From Octopus sinensis (lineage: Eukaryota), in the NCBI RefSeq assembly GCF_006345805.1, contig NC_043019.1, forward strand, positions 23,559,360-23,623,359: DNA of 64,000 bases, in the 5' to 3' direction. Shown here piece by piece: positions 63,540 to 64,000 of the stretch (positions are counted from its first letter, which is position 1; each line of letters opens with the position of its first letter). Made by a program: the position numbers and the translations under genes. The notes beneath the pieces are model-generated. The model was not told where the DNA came from. It saw nothing but the letters and a program-made list of their open reading frames with translations, and made no database searches.

Positions 63540-64000
63540 GCCGCTGTTGTAGCTTCTCCCTTTCTGAGTAGTTTGCAGTGTCTGTTGTTTCCTCTGTATT
63601 CTTAAACACCTTAGCATGAATGAGTCACTTTTCCGTTCTTTTATTAAAAATTTTTTTTTTTTTTCACTCAGGTTTAATTCATTGGTTACGACCGATTCGT
63701 TCCTCTTCCATTAGACCACATTATTTTTGCACTGATTGACAATGTTGTTTTCTCCGACTGCGTTACGTTTCTAATGCCGCGCCCAAATTGAAACTATAAT
63801 AACTTCCTGTTTACTCGGCTTAAAATTGAAATATAGAAAAGTGAAACCTTTACAATTGAAACGAAGTGTTAAACTGGTGTCGTTGTGTTTACAGTGTTAC
63901 GAAGTCAAATATGGGAAAGTGAAACTTAAGGCTGGCAGGAACTATTTGAAAGGATATATTGGTTTCAAATTATGGCACAAGGCCAGCAAATTCGGGGGAG

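Overview
AT-rich, microsatellite- and SINE-dense eukaryotic genomic DNA. The repeat families look like those of an octopod cephalopod (inference). Two spliced minus-strand genes can be rebuilt exon by exon with GT-AG boundaries and continuous frames; neither is called whole in the ORF track. One is a 6-exon REC114 meiotic double-strand-break factor (CDS 10517->1060, 222 aa, all introns phase 0). The other is a 6-exon SDE2 (CDS 26165->17240, 412 aa, ubiquitin-like domain ending GG|KGG, C-terminal SAP-like domain). No gene is recognisable in 27-64 kb. That region holds a decayed Penelope-like retroelement, a Gypsy/Ginger-type integrase relic, RTE LINE fragments, non-autonomous Helitrons, MITEs, SINEs and long simple repeats. 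The most unusual signals are: (i) three unrelated hammerhead-ribozyme-like motif families with non-canonical cores (G3:C8, U3:A8, U6), in Penelope-like inverted or tandem arrangements; (ii) a SINE whose target-site duplication copied a REC114 splice donor; (iii) GG-ended MITEs with 8-bp TSDs, one in the probable SDE2 3' UTR; (iv) a ~980-bp foldback just upstream of SDE2. Homology calls are from recalled family motifs, not database searches. Most listed ORFs are microsatellite or SINE artefacts.
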